NCBI GenBank assembly: GCA_963693365.1 | Contig: CAVNZM010000004.1 | Span: 12,304,468-12,368,467 of the forward strand | Source of the DNA: Amoebidium appalachense | Lineage: Eukaryota > Protista > Ichthyosporea | Reading direction: 5' to 3' | DNA: 64,000 bases | Shown: positions 22,911-36,254 of the stretch, piece after piece | Layout: every line of letters starts with the position of its first letter | How positions within the stretch are numbered: the stretch's first letter is position 1 | Position numbers and translations under genes: made by a program | Notes under the pieces: generated by a model | The model's database searches: none | The model's input: only the letters and a program-made list of their open reading frames with translations | What the model was told of the DNA's origin: nothing

Positions 22911-24377
22911 TTTCGTTTATGTATGCTATGTGCCAGAAAGCAGTAAAAAGGTTTACGGGCGATGTCCTCAAAAGTCAAAACCCTGTTCAGCCAAAAAGGG
23001 TATGCCAAGCATAACCCGCAAAAGAAAGCCGATGATAAATTCCTTAGCAAAGAGAAATTAAACCAGTTGTCTTCTCTGTTATTTAGTGACTACCACGGGA
23101 AAAACTCTTCTGCTTGTTGGCTCACTAAACAACTGAGTCCGTTTGGCCCTTGAACGGACACAACAAGGCCGCCCCTTGTTGCCACAACTTGTTCCAAGAG
23201 TGGTGCGCCGGTGGTGCCATTTGATTGGTCGCATCTTCTGTAGTTAATGCGGATTGGTTACTGTGACACCGCGTCCGGAGACGGGTAAACAAAATGCTAA
23301 GGGCTGCTCTAGAGAAGAAAATAACTCCTGTTTGATGTGTTATAAACCTTATTATATTCAACTTTATATGAGTAAAGGTTTCCAATATAACTTTTTCATG
23401 TATATATAAAAAAGAAAAAGCCTTATACTTCAGAAGCGTATTTGAGGAAGGTCTTAAAAACTTATGAACAACTAATTAGCTACAGCGTTTACACACCTCT
23501 GCGTCTCAAACCAGCTGGGCCACGGCCCTCAGAGGGCCGTGCTTGGGCTTTGCGGTCAGTACGGTCACTGGTGTTCAGTGCACGTAAGGGCCCTAAGGGG
23601 GGGAAGGGGGCTGGGGGCCACTTTTAGGTGTGAATTGAACATGCTGTGCTGTCCATTTTTTCGCCTAGATTTAGAAGGGTGTAATTTTGACATCTTGGAA
23701 GCCGCCAGCCAATAAACAACATTAACGTGTGTGGCGTGCCTAGGCTGATGAAACTGCAGGCCTTTACAATTTACGTGACGGGTTGAGTCATCGGTCGGAT
23801 GCATGGTCTGTTGGATTCCGTGGCAAGCACCCATGAGCCTGTAGTTGACGATCAGTTATTGAGTAGAACAAATCCGAAAAATAGAAATCGACAGTTGTAT
23901 TCCTAGGGCGACCGTCTGCTGAAAGGGGTGGAAGCCATTCCATCTTTGAGTGACTAACAATCATAGGATAGGTGTCCTTGCCTACTTATGCTGGGAGTGT
24001 CGAGAGTGCGGGAGTGTGATAAAGTGGGGAAAGGGGGAGTGAAAACGGAGACTTATATAAAGTGGTGGGAGGCAGCTCCCCGCGCGGGGAAAAGGGGAGG
24101 GGGGAAGGAGTAGGGGCGAACAAGAGGAAAGCTTAGATTTCAAGGGACGGTTGAGATGGGGCATGGTGAGAGTGCCACGGGACTCAAAGGTTAAAGGATA
24201 ATGAAGGGGGGTGGACGGAGAAAGGGCTGGGGAATGGTTTAAAGGGAAGGGAATGTGTAGGAAGATGGCCCAAGGCAGTGTGACCATGGGTGCACAAGCA
24301 GATCGATTCTTTTAACCCATGATCCTCCTCATCTCCCTCCCCTAGTCCCCCCCTCTCTTTCCCCGCCACCGCCCCCC

Positions 24378-24432
<55 letters not shown>

Positions 24433-24609
24433 CCTTACTCTAGAAATCTCAGACCTGGTCCCGACCCACAGTGGAATACTATGTTACCAGCCCCCCTCTC
24501 CCCCCCCCCCCCCCCCCCCCCCGAGCACCCCCACCCACCCCCCCGCCCCTCCCTCCCTCCACACACACACACACACCTCCCACAGCCCTTCCCCCATCCC
24601 TCCCCCCCC

Positions 24610-24915
24610 TTTCGCTGCTGGTCTCTGACAAAGACGACGGGTATGGTGACCCACCCATTTTGAAGTGAGAAGCAGTACCTGGGTTTTGTCGGCAAGGTTA
24701 GCAAACGGGCACTGTGGATGACTTCCCTCCCCCCTCCCCCCTTCCCCCCCTCCTCCCCCCCCCCCCCCCCCCCGCCCTCCTCTCCGCTCGAAGGGTGCGC
24801 TCTGCTCACTGTGCATAGCTTATTACTCTTTATTTGTGCTTTGCACTGAGTCTCTGCATTGTGTTGTCCGTCGACATCAATGAATATACTTCGCACAGCT
24901 CACACCCATTCTACC
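24610..24915 (+). mobile_element. Degenerate intergenic copy of the poly(C)-associated family
   Basis: CTGCTGGTCTCTGACAAAGACG...AAGTGAGAAGCAGTACCTGGGTTTT...CGGGCACTGTGGATGAC...GCTCTGCT...TGCATTGTGTT...TACTTCG is collinear with copies A and B. Flanked by C-runs. Confidence 0.65.
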
Positions 24916-25453
24916 TCCCTCTCCATCCCCTCCCCCCACCCTCCCCTCTCCGCCCCCCCCTTTCTCGGCCCCCCTTTCACCTCTGTGGGGCCCCTTTCAT
25001 CCCTCAATCACACACGCGCACACTGTGGCACTTGAACAATATTTACTTTCGTACAACAGCGTGCACGTGCATGTCCCGGCTGATTTCTTAGGGGATTGTG
25101 TGCACGTGTTTGGGGTGGGAGGGGGCTGGGGGGCTCAGGGAGGAATCCTTATGCTCGAAACAATCTCGAGGCTTGGGTGGGTGGGTGAGGCACGGTTGCC
25201 GAGGTTTCAGCCACCAGCAACGAATACTTCACCATGATCTTGAAGGGTGGTTTACCAAAAAATATTCACTAATTAGTGATTTTAAGATGTCTCAACCTAT
25301 AGCTAGAGTTTCACTTACTTCGGCCGAGACGTTTCTAAAGTCGACGACCATAGAGACTGGAGGAACTGTTACGTTACAGTAAGATATTAATTTTTGGTAA
25401 AAATATAACCGCGGTGGGGAGGGGAGGGAGTCATTTTTTGTGCGTGCGTGTGT

Positions 25454-25487
<34 letters not shown>

Positions 25488-25519
25488 GCCCGGCAAAGGC
25501 CATGTAATTTTTTATTTAT

Positions 25520-26672
25520 ATAATGACTTTATTGATATGCTCATCAAAAGAGAAGCATTTGAGATATCACAGATATCTCAGGGAAGAAAAATACAAAAAT
25601 GTCTTACTCTCGGATACGGAGGAGATCACGACTAAGATAATCATATTCCCGAAAAAACTCATTAAACATACGGTGATTTAAGAGATAGTCAAGAGAAGTA
25701 ATATCAGGATTATCTAAGTAAGCTAATCGTCTAAGTTTGTACGGAATAATCTGAGATAAATAAATACATCTATCTAGATGTTTTCGAGAGAAAGGTTCAG
25801 CACAAAAGTGACACAAACATTTATGGAAACAAAGGTTACAACGCCAAAACAAACACTTCCAAGCAATATCACAAGAAGGGGTAAGAATGGCAAGATCAGT
25901 AAGTGTGGTAGGTTTACGAGAGGAGGGAGAAATATAAGTAGCTATTTTACATTACGATTGCAGAGTAAATAAACGAGTCTCTAAAATAAAAAGAAGGACA
26001 GGCTCAAGAGTCCTACCGTGATACTCTTTATCGCAAGGATGAAGTAAAGGATATTGAGCATGAAACCAAGTAACATATTGCTGATAAATAGTGGAAGAGA
26101 GATTTAACGGAGAGATATATATTTAAGAGGATATCTCGGAATGGGAGAGAGATTGGGGATGGGACATTTTGCACGAATATTAGAAATGGGAACAGGTGCT
26201 AAAGAAGGAAAAATTGCATCAAGGGATGATAAGGGGGAAGCCTAACCAAATGAAACAGAAGCGAAGGCCTAATTCATTCATACGTTGACTCGCTGGAGAG
26301 AGACCAAAAACACTCAACAAGGGAGCCGCCAAAGGATACCTACGCGAGGTTCGAGAAACAAACTGGATGAATTCACGCTGAAAGGAATCAAATTCTCGTA
26401 GAGCTGCACGCTGTTGCCGTGGAGGGGCACACAAGAGTACCGGGAGGCCATATTCGAAACATGGACGAAGAAAAACTTTATAAAGAGTGAGTAAATTAGC
26501 AGGATGAACATTAGAGATATTTTCAAGAATTCCTTGATAGATATGGAGGCGACCACGTGCACGGGAAATGCGTGAAGTCAAAAGGCGTTCAAAGCAAATA
26601 CCCTGAGACGTGAAAGGAATACCTAAATAGTCATAGGAGGAGACAACGGGGATAGGTTGATTGTTCAGTGTG
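25520..26672 (-). mobile_element. 5'-truncated, degenerate non-LTR retrotransposon (LINE): RT thumb region, C-terminal CCHC knuckle and 3' UTR
   Basis: Minus strand reads TLNNQPIPVVSSYDYLGIPF...LLTLYKVFLRPCFEYGL (the Y-YLG and LYK--(I/L)RP-(L/F)EY motifs of LINE ORF2 C-termini). After stops and frameshifts it reads WRCNL...CHFCAEPFSRKHLDRC (Cx2Cx7Hx3C) and SLDYLLN, with AATAAA near 25530. No introns or microsatellites inside. Confidence 0.8.
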
Positions 26673-28168
26673 GTGGTGTATTTTGTAGTGTATTCACTGT
26701 ATTTTCGTATACTTATGTGTGTGTCGGTGTGTGTAGGTGTACAAGAGCAGACCGTGTAAACCAGCTATGCTATAAGGTGCTCAGCCAACAGTAGTTACAC
26801 CAAAGAGGGGTGAGGCCTGGGGAGGCCGTCACCACACCCCCCTATCTACTGTGTGGTCTAGAATGGATCTAGTGGACTAGCGCCAAAGTCCCTGCCCCAG
26901 GCGTCCTTATAGCTAAGCGTGCTGGTGTTGCCGGTGTATGGCGTGTGTGCTAACCCCCTAAGCACAGACGAGAAACTTTACGGGAACTGCTGTACACTGC
27001 AAAGAAGTTGTGTGTGTGTGTGGTGAGGTGAGTTCGGGCTACAGTTTTTTCAATAGCTGGCTATCAGGTCAAGATCTATTCCTATTGGTCGAAAATTAAA
27101 TGTGGATATATGGGTGTATTTCTGATATCTCATTGGTGACTAACACTATGCATTTATCCAATCCGATAATAGCAATTGTTCAACCGTGTTCATCTATGGT
27201 ACGTGGGTTCATTTTACATTAGGAGCTATCTAATAACGTAAAACATAAACAAATCATGAATAAATTATAAGAATACTATTGAATCAGAAACCGAACTAGT
27301 TTAGGGATGAATCAACATTTTACATGCAACCAAAATTCAAATTATATCTACAAGTCAGAATTGTGAGATACGTACATACCCTTTCCCACAGATCTATGGT
27401 CTAGAGACTGATCTATTTCCGATATACGGGTGTCTGGGTGTATACGTGTGTGCAGGTGTTTGTGTGTGCATGGTGTGTGTATGTTGTATGTGATTGTGGG
27501 TGTGTTTGTATACGTGTTTGTGTGTGTGTGTTATGCAGATGTGGTCACCCCGGGTTGTTGGGTTGGGTGGGTGGGGGGGGGGGGGGGGGGGGGGGGGGAG
27601 GGAAAGAGGGGGAAAGGGAAGAAGGGGAGAGAAGAGGAGAGAAAGAGGGATGGGGGGGAGAGAGGAGGGGGGGGAGGGGGGGGGGGGGGGGGGGGAGGAC
27701 GGGGAATGGAGGGGAAGGGGGGGTTGTTTATATCTTAGCTATCACTAACCATATCTAGGTACTAAGGGGGGGGGGGGGGGGGGGGGGGGAGGGGGCGGGG
27801 GCGGTTAGTATAAGGAAGTTAGTATGGTTAGTGGGGGTGGGTTAGTGGGGTTCTGAAGGGATCTGTGTGTCGGTGTGTGCTTGTGTTCGTGTGTGCGCGT
27901 GTGGGTGTGCGCGTGTGTAGGTGTGTGTGTGTGTGTGTGTGTGCGTGTTGGTGTACGCGCGTGCAGATGTGTGTGTGTGTGCGTGTGTGTGTGTGTGTGT
28001 GTATTGTGTGTGTGTGTGTGTTAGTGGATGTGCGTGTATGTGTGTGTGTATGTATGTGTGTGTGTGGATGTGTATGTGTGTTGGGAGGGGAACTCTGTGG
28101 GGCACCCGGTCAGTTGTGTGTGTTGTTAGTGGTTATTAAGGGGGTGTTAGGTTGAGTAGGGTTGAATC

Positions 28169-30010
28169 TCAGAGAGTGCATTTAGGCAGCGGTTGAAGAG
28201 GTCTTGTGGGAGTCGGTGTTGGAGAGGTAGGAATGCGGATGTGATAGTGTGCCATGGACCGGTATTTTAGGGATTGGAATTCGAGGGCCAGGATCAGGAG
28301 TTGGGGAAGGAAGAGGAGAGGGATAGAGGTGTTTGCCCATGCTCGAATGTATGCTCCCGTGACTGTCGCTTTTTTCGCTTGTTTTGATTGGTACGAGTGC
28401 CAGTGTTTAAACCGTGTGATCTTCTGTGGTTCCCCAGCTAGGATTTGATCTACGTTTTTGTTGTGGTAGGTGCAAATGAGTCCGTATGGTGTGCATTCCA
28501 AATCCACTTCGAGCATCTTGATGAATTCGCTTCGGGTTCGCTCTCAAGAGTGAGGTCAGGGGGGTAGCACTCATTATAGAGCATACGTTTCAGGGGGCGT
28601 ACCAAATCCGTGTGGTTTGTGATGGTGTCGGGAGTGAAGAACGCAATGTATGCATCATCCATGTATCGTGCCCCTACCGCTACTATCCTGAGGAAAGTGA
28701 TGTGGGTGCGTAGGTTTTTTATCAATGCATTTTCCCCGTGCGAGAATACTATGATAGCATTGGGTGCACTGGTGGGGGAACCCATAGGGATGCCGACAAA
28801 TTGCCTTACGATCTGTGCTACACCTACCAGGAAGAAGGCATTTTCTAAGTCGAAGCGCACAATATCCCGGATCTGTACTAGGCTTAAGCGAATGTACTGC
28901 TTGTTTGGGTGGGGGCCTACCTTGCCGTCAGCTTTTCTACCGATTGATACCGACACATATGCGTTATGAGAGAACTTTTGTGCTGCCATGTCTAGTAACC
29001 ACTCGATTGCAGCTAGGATGTCGCTGTGTTTTAAGTTGGTGAACATAATTTTCACGTCGACTACTACTTGTGTGCATTTGACGGTTTCACCCGGGAACTG
29101 TTTGGAGAGGAGGTTGTTCGTCATGTGCACGAAGTCCCTAATATCATGCGTGCGGTTAATGGTGAAGGATTCGAGGGAGCATGCATGGAGTAGGGTGTTG
29201 AGAGCGCGTGCAGCAGCGCGTAGGTGGAGCTTAAGGGGGTGAGCGGTGTAGGAGACTATGGGACGGATTTTTTGGAGGTCTTTGTTTTTGTGGAGGCAGT
29301 AAGAGGAGGGGAGGGATGCATTTTTCTGTATGCGAGCTACTTTCATCCATTCTTTGCGTGTGAGTTCATCGGGGCGGATGTAAGAGAAGAGGAGGTGTTG
29401 CGGTGTGAGGGAGGAGGGGGAGGTAGTGATCTGGGTCGTGCAGGAACGTGTTTGTGTATACTTCGTACGCGTGCTGGGGGCAAACGATCACAAATTCATT
29501 TCCATTTTTATCGCATGGGCCGACTACGAGATTTTTAAGACGTGTTTTCGTGTATTGAAGGTGGGGGAGAGGGGGGAATTGGTTATCGTTGCTTAGGGAT
29601 TGTGTTGTGATGCGTGTGGCAAGTGTGCGGGTTAGTTGGTAGCACGCAGGGAAGTGGGGAGGGTCGCGGGAATGTAGGATTTGGGTTGCAACGAACTCAT
29701 GGCAGTCTCGTGCAAAATTGAGCAAATCTAAGCGTGCTTGTTCCGTTATGGGCGGTGGTGTGTTGCGCACCGTATGCGAGGGTGTGTTGTATTTTTGGGT
29801 CGGGGAAAACTGCACCTTTGTATAGTATGTGCGGGTTGGTGTTACATGTGCATGCCGGTGGGTTGTTGGTGTCGAGGGTGCGGTGGAACTTTGTGTGTGT
29901 GTGTAGCATATCGGCAAGGGAGGGGCGAGCTGTTTCTATAATGCGGGTGCGGGGGGTGAGGAGGGCAAGAGTGCTGGGCGGGATGTTCGCATCTGTGAGG
30001 CAGGCCCGGT
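28169..30010 (-). mobile_element. Penelope-like retroelement (PLE) reverse transcriptase, frameshifted and 5'-truncated; possibly Naiad/Chlamys group
   Basis: ORF fragments 29697-30056, 29366-29917, 28450-29346 and 28169-28516 give, in order, LVVGPCDKN, HKNKD...RPIVS, VDVKIMFTNL, QFVGIPMGSPTSA, RYMDD (28654-28665), LEVDL and HWHSYQSKQAKKATVTGAYIRA. This is the motif series of PLE RT plus thumb. About three frame breaks; no GIY-YIG seen. Flanked by (CA)n and (C)n tracts. Confidence 0.85.
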
Positions 30011-30092
30011 GTGTGTGTGTGTGTGTATGTGTGTGTGTGTGTGTGTGTGGTGTCATTTTGTGGGAATGTGCGTGCGAGGGTATGTTTGCATG

Positions 30093-30170
<78 letters not shown>

Positions 30171-30559
30171 CTGTCACACTGGTAGTGTGTTTGTACATGT
30201 ATACGTGGCGTGTGTCATCACTGTGTGTGTGTGTGTGTGCGTGTGTGCACGCGCACTTGCAAATGACCAGTGCATGCATGGCCGGCCCATGCTCTGGCCT
30301 CGGTACGGTGTGTACTGCAGCACACTGTCAGCAACATGGTGACTGCCGGCACCATGCGCATTTGCAATGGTACTGCACGGTCGCCTGCACGTATGTGGTC
30401 ATACGAATTATGATGTTTCACACCCGTGACCCCCTGCAGCCCCCCCCCCCCCCCCCCCCCTCCCCCCCCCTCCTCCCCCCCCCTTCCCCGGTCCCTTGTT
30501 TTTGGAATTCCTTGCAATTGACTGAATGCGTCGTGACCGCTACGTGCAAGAGTCCCCCG

Positions 30560-30662
<103 letters not shown>

Positions 30663-31059
30663 GTGACAGTGTGCCGCAGTTCTCGAAGGTGGTACCAGTT
30701 ATCCGGAGATGACGATAATCATTGTGTTAGTATTGTCTGCGATCACATGTAGCACTGAGTGTGATATGGACTTGTATTATATAGTATCTGGGACAGGTCT
30801 GAGACTCACTGCATGAAACTTTATATATTCACGAAAATTAAATGCAGCGCACAGTCACGAACCTCCTAAACCACATGTGTGCATGTACAACACGCATAGT
30901 ATGGCACTTGGGCTGCCATATAAAATCTAAAAAGAAGAAAAAGTAGGAATATGCACGCACACCAAGCCGCTAAGTACTTGGGCCCGGGTACTCACTATAG
31001 AGAGGGAGGCCGTATGTAGCGCTACCTTGGCCCAAGCAACATGGGTTGGACATCAAACT

Positions 31060-31094
<35 letters not shown>

Positions 31095-31529
31095 AATTTC
31101 CCTTTGTTCTACAAAAACTTTTTTTTCCCACGCCAAATATTTATGTTATAATCAAACCTGCAAATTGTTTGTGTGCACGTACATATACATAGACCCATAT
31201 GGAACACTGAACCCGAACTAAATCAGAGTTGAATTTAAGCTCCGGAGAATTCAGAACCTTGTTGACAGTCAGCAAATTTATTATCCCACAGTTGTGGCAG
31301 TCCGTGGCCACGCCTGCGCACTCTGGCTCATCACAGTGTGAACAGATGTCACGAAACTTGTCACACAGGTACATTCTTTGTGGTCATACTCGCATTTAGC
31401 GGTACATCACGAGAGAACAACGGTCGATCTCGTTATCGTAATGTACATCTGCACAGAAACAGTCCCATGGCAATATGCTCTACACACACATTATGTATTA
31501 GTATTTGACATACAGTCAGATTCATTAGG

Positions 31530-31594
<65 letters not shown>

Positions 31595-31997
31595 GGGGGG
31601 GGAGAGGGAGGCCAAGAAGGGTCACATATACGAGCTCCCCGCACCGTAAAAAAGCAGTAACAAGGTGCATCTAAAGCCAAATCAGCGTTGTACATGCACG
31701 TGCTGTTGGAACGAATGACCATGAAATGCTATCAACAATATCTTAGTGCTACAGCCGGAATCTTCCAAAACTCCACATAAAGCACAGGCGAAGAACAAGG
31801 ACGACCACATTCACTCAGGCGCGAAAAGTTTTTACTGGGGAGCTTTCCTATAAAACAGTGGAAAAGAGAGAGAGAGACACAACAAATAAGCAAACAGATG
31901 CCTCCAATCCAAAGGGCTTATTGAATAGGTGATGTGGTGATGCTGGGGATGCATTGAGTGATCGTCGCAACCAGAAATCCATGTTTGGCCGCCGCCT

Positions 31998-32219
31998 TTA
32001 CGGAGAGCCGTCATGGGACCGCTTATTGCTCACCCGAGTTGGTTCTGCAGAATACCATGTGTGTTGTGCAGGTGAGTGTGTGTGTGAGTGTGTGTGTGTG
32101 TGTGTGGTTGTATGTGTGTTGATTGCAAGCGTGTGCGCGTGCGTGCATTGTATGTGTACATAATTGTTGCATAAGAGATAGCGGTGGTAGAAGGTTAGTT
32201 CATAAGTTTGGTTATCCGT

Positions 32220-32289
<70 letters not shown>

Positions 32290-32796
32290 GGGGGGGGGGA
32301 AGGCACCACAACAGTTTCGATTTCCAAATCCCAATTCTTTCCTGTACTTTTTCAGTTCGCTACACAACAGGTAGAACAAAAAAGCAGACAAAAGAAGAAA
32401 ACAGCACAGAACATAGGCGGAAGGACAGAAAGGGTGGCTGGGCCATTTCCTGCCTAAACACCAGGGGGTATAAAAAGGACTAGCTTAAATTTGACTATTA
32501 GTAGCTTGGTAGAGTGGTGGCCTTGTGGGATGGAGAGGGGGGAGGAGGAGGGGAAGGGGGAAGGGGGGGGGGGGGGGGGGGGGGGGGGGAGGGGAGAGGG
32601 AGGGGTAGCAGGTGAAGCCCACAAAGTGTCAAATGGCGACAGGTAGAGCTGCAAGAGGCAACTGGAAAGGAGAGGGGTGTCCCGTTGCTGCTCACCAGCA
32701 TGAGAATATCTTTCATAAACCATATGCATGTGCAAACCAAAACTGGAAAGAGAGGGGGGGGGGAGGGAGGGAGAGAGGGGGGAGGGGAGGGAGAGA

Positions 32797-32829
<33 letters not shown>

Positions 32830-33778
32830 TCTCACCTTCTGCAACCACAAGGTCATCCCTCTCAGCACAGGCCTGTGTAATGACGGTCAGCAAGAACAGA
32901 CACCACATTGAAAGGCATCTGGTCCTATCTGCACCATCACTAGCGTGCATGTACCCTACTTGCCAGCACGAGGCCGTTGAAAGGCCTGTGCGTGAAACTA
33001 TGGATACTACCTGACCAAAGCGGGCAAGGGTAATCCATTTCCGTGTGCTTGGAGTAAAGTATCCAGCGACGCGGTTTTGCTTGCCGCTTTTATATCAGTA
33101 CTGAAGTAACAATACATCCTTCCCCCCTCCCTTCCTCCCATTCCCCCTCCCCCCTCCCCCCGTTCCCGTTTTTGTTTTAAAGGAACGCCGTGTGTGTGTG
33201 TGTGTGTGTGTGTGGGAGGGGGGGGAGGAAGGGGGGGGGGGGTGCGGGGGGAGGGGAGGCAATAGTTCTGTGACCCACTCCTTCTCAGCCATATCAAACT
33301 CACCGCAGCCACTGCAGCCATTGCCCCAATCAGGTCTTTTCTCAGCTCCCTTGCCTCCTGCACCAGATAGTCCTGCACCTCCGCATCCAACGCACCCCCT
33401 CTGCTTGCCACCTGCACACGCTCAATCTTGCGCAAACACAGCCCCAACCGCGCACACAGTCCCAGCCCATGCTCTACAGCCCGTCGACCCTCTTCGGAAG
33501 CAACTAGAATCTTTTTAATTGCCAGTTGCCTTTGTGCCTCTTCAAGGACTTCACGGTTTGTGCCGGTCAATAGGGCTGGGACTAAGGGTGGTTGCTGCTG
33601 ATTGGCTGTGTCTGCGTCTTGGCTCGGTTCCCGTGGCTGTTGGGTCGGCTGCTGGTTTGGCCGTTGGGTCGGCTGCTGGTTTGGCCGTTGGGTCGGCTGT
33701 TGTTGCTGGGGTGGAAGTGTCAGCAGATGAATCGAGGAGAAAAAATGCGCATGAATGCAAACAGCGACTCTGGTTTTA

Positions 33779-33814
<36 letters not shown>

Positions 33815-34663
33815 ACACACACACACAACCAAAAAAAAAAAAAGCACACACAAACACATACACACACACAAACAAACAAACAAAACAAACAAACAACACA
33901 CGCCAAAAAGGTAGAGAAAGACAGACCCACCGGAAAGCAAAAAGAAGAACCAACATGTACACAAGGGTGTCAGCATGGAAGAGGACTTTGTAGTTATGCC
34001 TACTTTTCAACAAGCCACATTCGTAGGCATTGGATTTGCTCACAAACTACATAGAAAATCAAGTGGGTTCAGAGTATCCTCTATGAATTCACCAACATCA
34101 CTCCCTAATCGGTATAGCACACCAGCACGGTCAAGCAAAACGAGCAGCCCCCCCCCCCCCCCCCCCCCTCCCCCTCTACCCCCGCCCTCCCCCCATTACA
34201 CTTACACACACAATATCATTGCCCTAGGCTCAAAGATATGCCAGAACATGCATATAAATCTCTCACTCAATACCAGCCGCTGACAAACCCCACCCACCCA
34301 GCACACATGAAACAACATTCAGTGATGCCCCAGCTATCCACCCACTTCAGATTCAAGCACACACGCTTAAGAATTAGCTCCCCCCCCCCCCCCCCCCCTT
34401 TCTCTCTCCTCCCTTCCGTGTAAGAGCTTAATAGCTTACTAACAAGGAACTTTGCAAACAATCGAACAGAATAAATTAGCGCAAATTAAAATGATACTTG
34501 AAAACAACCATTTTTTGTTTTCACATGTGCATGTGTGTGCATGTGTGTGCATGTGTGTGTGTGTGTGTGTGTGCGCGCGCGCTTGCGAGCTTGAACGCGC
34601 ATGCGTGTGTCTGGATTTTATTATTATCATTATCATTATTTTTATTTTGGTTTTTTTTTTTTT

Positions 34664-34695
<32 letters not shown>

Positions 34696-36217
34696 CGGCA
34701 CCTCCACACTAGGGACGGAACGAGCTGTGACTACCTTCTTGGGTGCAAATTTGTTGGGCTTTGGCTTTGGTGGCTCGAGATTCTTGAACCCTTCCCGGGC
34801 TCTGATGCGAAACTCTGCTGCTGCGATGTCAAATAGACGCACAAACCTGTGGAAGACACAACATGAACATCAGAAAGATGTAGTGCGGTATATTTGCAAA
34901 GAGGTACACATGCAAAAAGTGCATTAGAAAGAGGGATTTGCATCGTGCCATCTTGTGGGCTGACAAGCAAAGTATCCGATCGGCAAGTGCTAGGCTATAC
35001 TAGGGTAAAAACAGGAATGAGGGCCCGGAGAAGGGGAAAGGGGGGGGGGGGGGGGGTTTGAATGCGTCAAAAAGTACGAAGTACACAAGAACAAACGGAT
35101 AACACGATGCAGAATGCAAGCCATACATAAAGAGTATGCATAATAAGCAGAGCCCATCCTCAGGGGGGGCCCACGTCATCCACAGTACCCGAGTTTCGAC
35201 CTATTCCCCTCGTTAACGAAACCCAACTCAGATACTGTTTCACTTGAACATGAGTAGGTCACCCGTCTTGATCAGAGACGAGCAGGGTTGCTTATGCAGG
35301 CAAGGGCAGTGGGAAAGGCCGGGGGTTAAAGTTGCAGCAGTAAGCAGAAGCAAGAAAAATATAGATAGGAACTCAGGAGACGGGGCTTCTAGGAAGCTCC
35401 CCCGTCGATACCTAAGTCGATACTTCCCTGGCTAACATACTACACCAGCTGAAAAGAATTAAGTCCCGAAGGCCACAGAATTCGTAATCAGAGGGGAAAA
35501 TATGAGATTTGACCCACGCCGCAGGGTAGTAACACGCTTACTAGGGCGGAACTTTATCGTCTTCGAACGGAAAGCTATGCCCCCGGATGTCAGCCGGAAA
35601 TATGGTATCACCCATTGCTTTGGGCTTGAAAAAAGCCAAACCGATAGTCCGAGTTATGTTACGCCGGCGGGTAACATGGGGGGGGGGGGGGGGGGGGGAT
35701 GTATGCGTTAGAGGGTTGGAAATATGGAGGAGACAACAACGAGCATCAACAAAACGTCATAAAAGCGGGAAGTCCAAAATCAAATAATTGAAGCGTGCAG
35801 GCAGAAGACACTTGAACAGAGCCCATCATCAAGGGGGGTTCCTATGCCTCCACAAAAGCATGGGTTTCGACTCTTTAACCTCTCGCGCGTGGTTCCCAAC
35901 CCATACTTTGTTTCAACAGCGATATGCGAGTCCACGGGGGGGGGGGGGGAGGGGGGGGGGGGGGGGGGGGCACAAGCACAGGATGCAGGATTGAGTGGTT
36001 TTTAGAGACAAAAGAACACACATGGTAGTTGCAGCGTGCGCTGCTTGAGTAGGAAAATCGGCATGTCAGGGACTGTTTTGTGTAGGCGCAAGAGCAATGG
36101 CTGCAAAAACAATGAGAAAGTGTAGTGACGGACGTAAAAGGATGGGTTGTCGCCAGGGGTTATTCGGTTCAGAAAGAGGGGGACGAGAGAAGAAAGAGGG
36201 TAAGAAAGGTTGAACTT

Positions 36218-36254
<37 letters not shown>

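Noticed and set aside
27000-28160. Canonical hammerhead or pseudo-LTR downstream of the PLE RT
   Set aside because: No CTGAnGA...GAAA pair found by eye on the element's strand.
31141-31374. Cys-rich ORF MYLCDKFRDICSHCDEPECAGVATDCHNC suggestive of a zinc finger
   Set aside because: Short, with in-frame stops immediately upstream and no convincing splice link to the neighbouring gene. It cannot be supported as coding.
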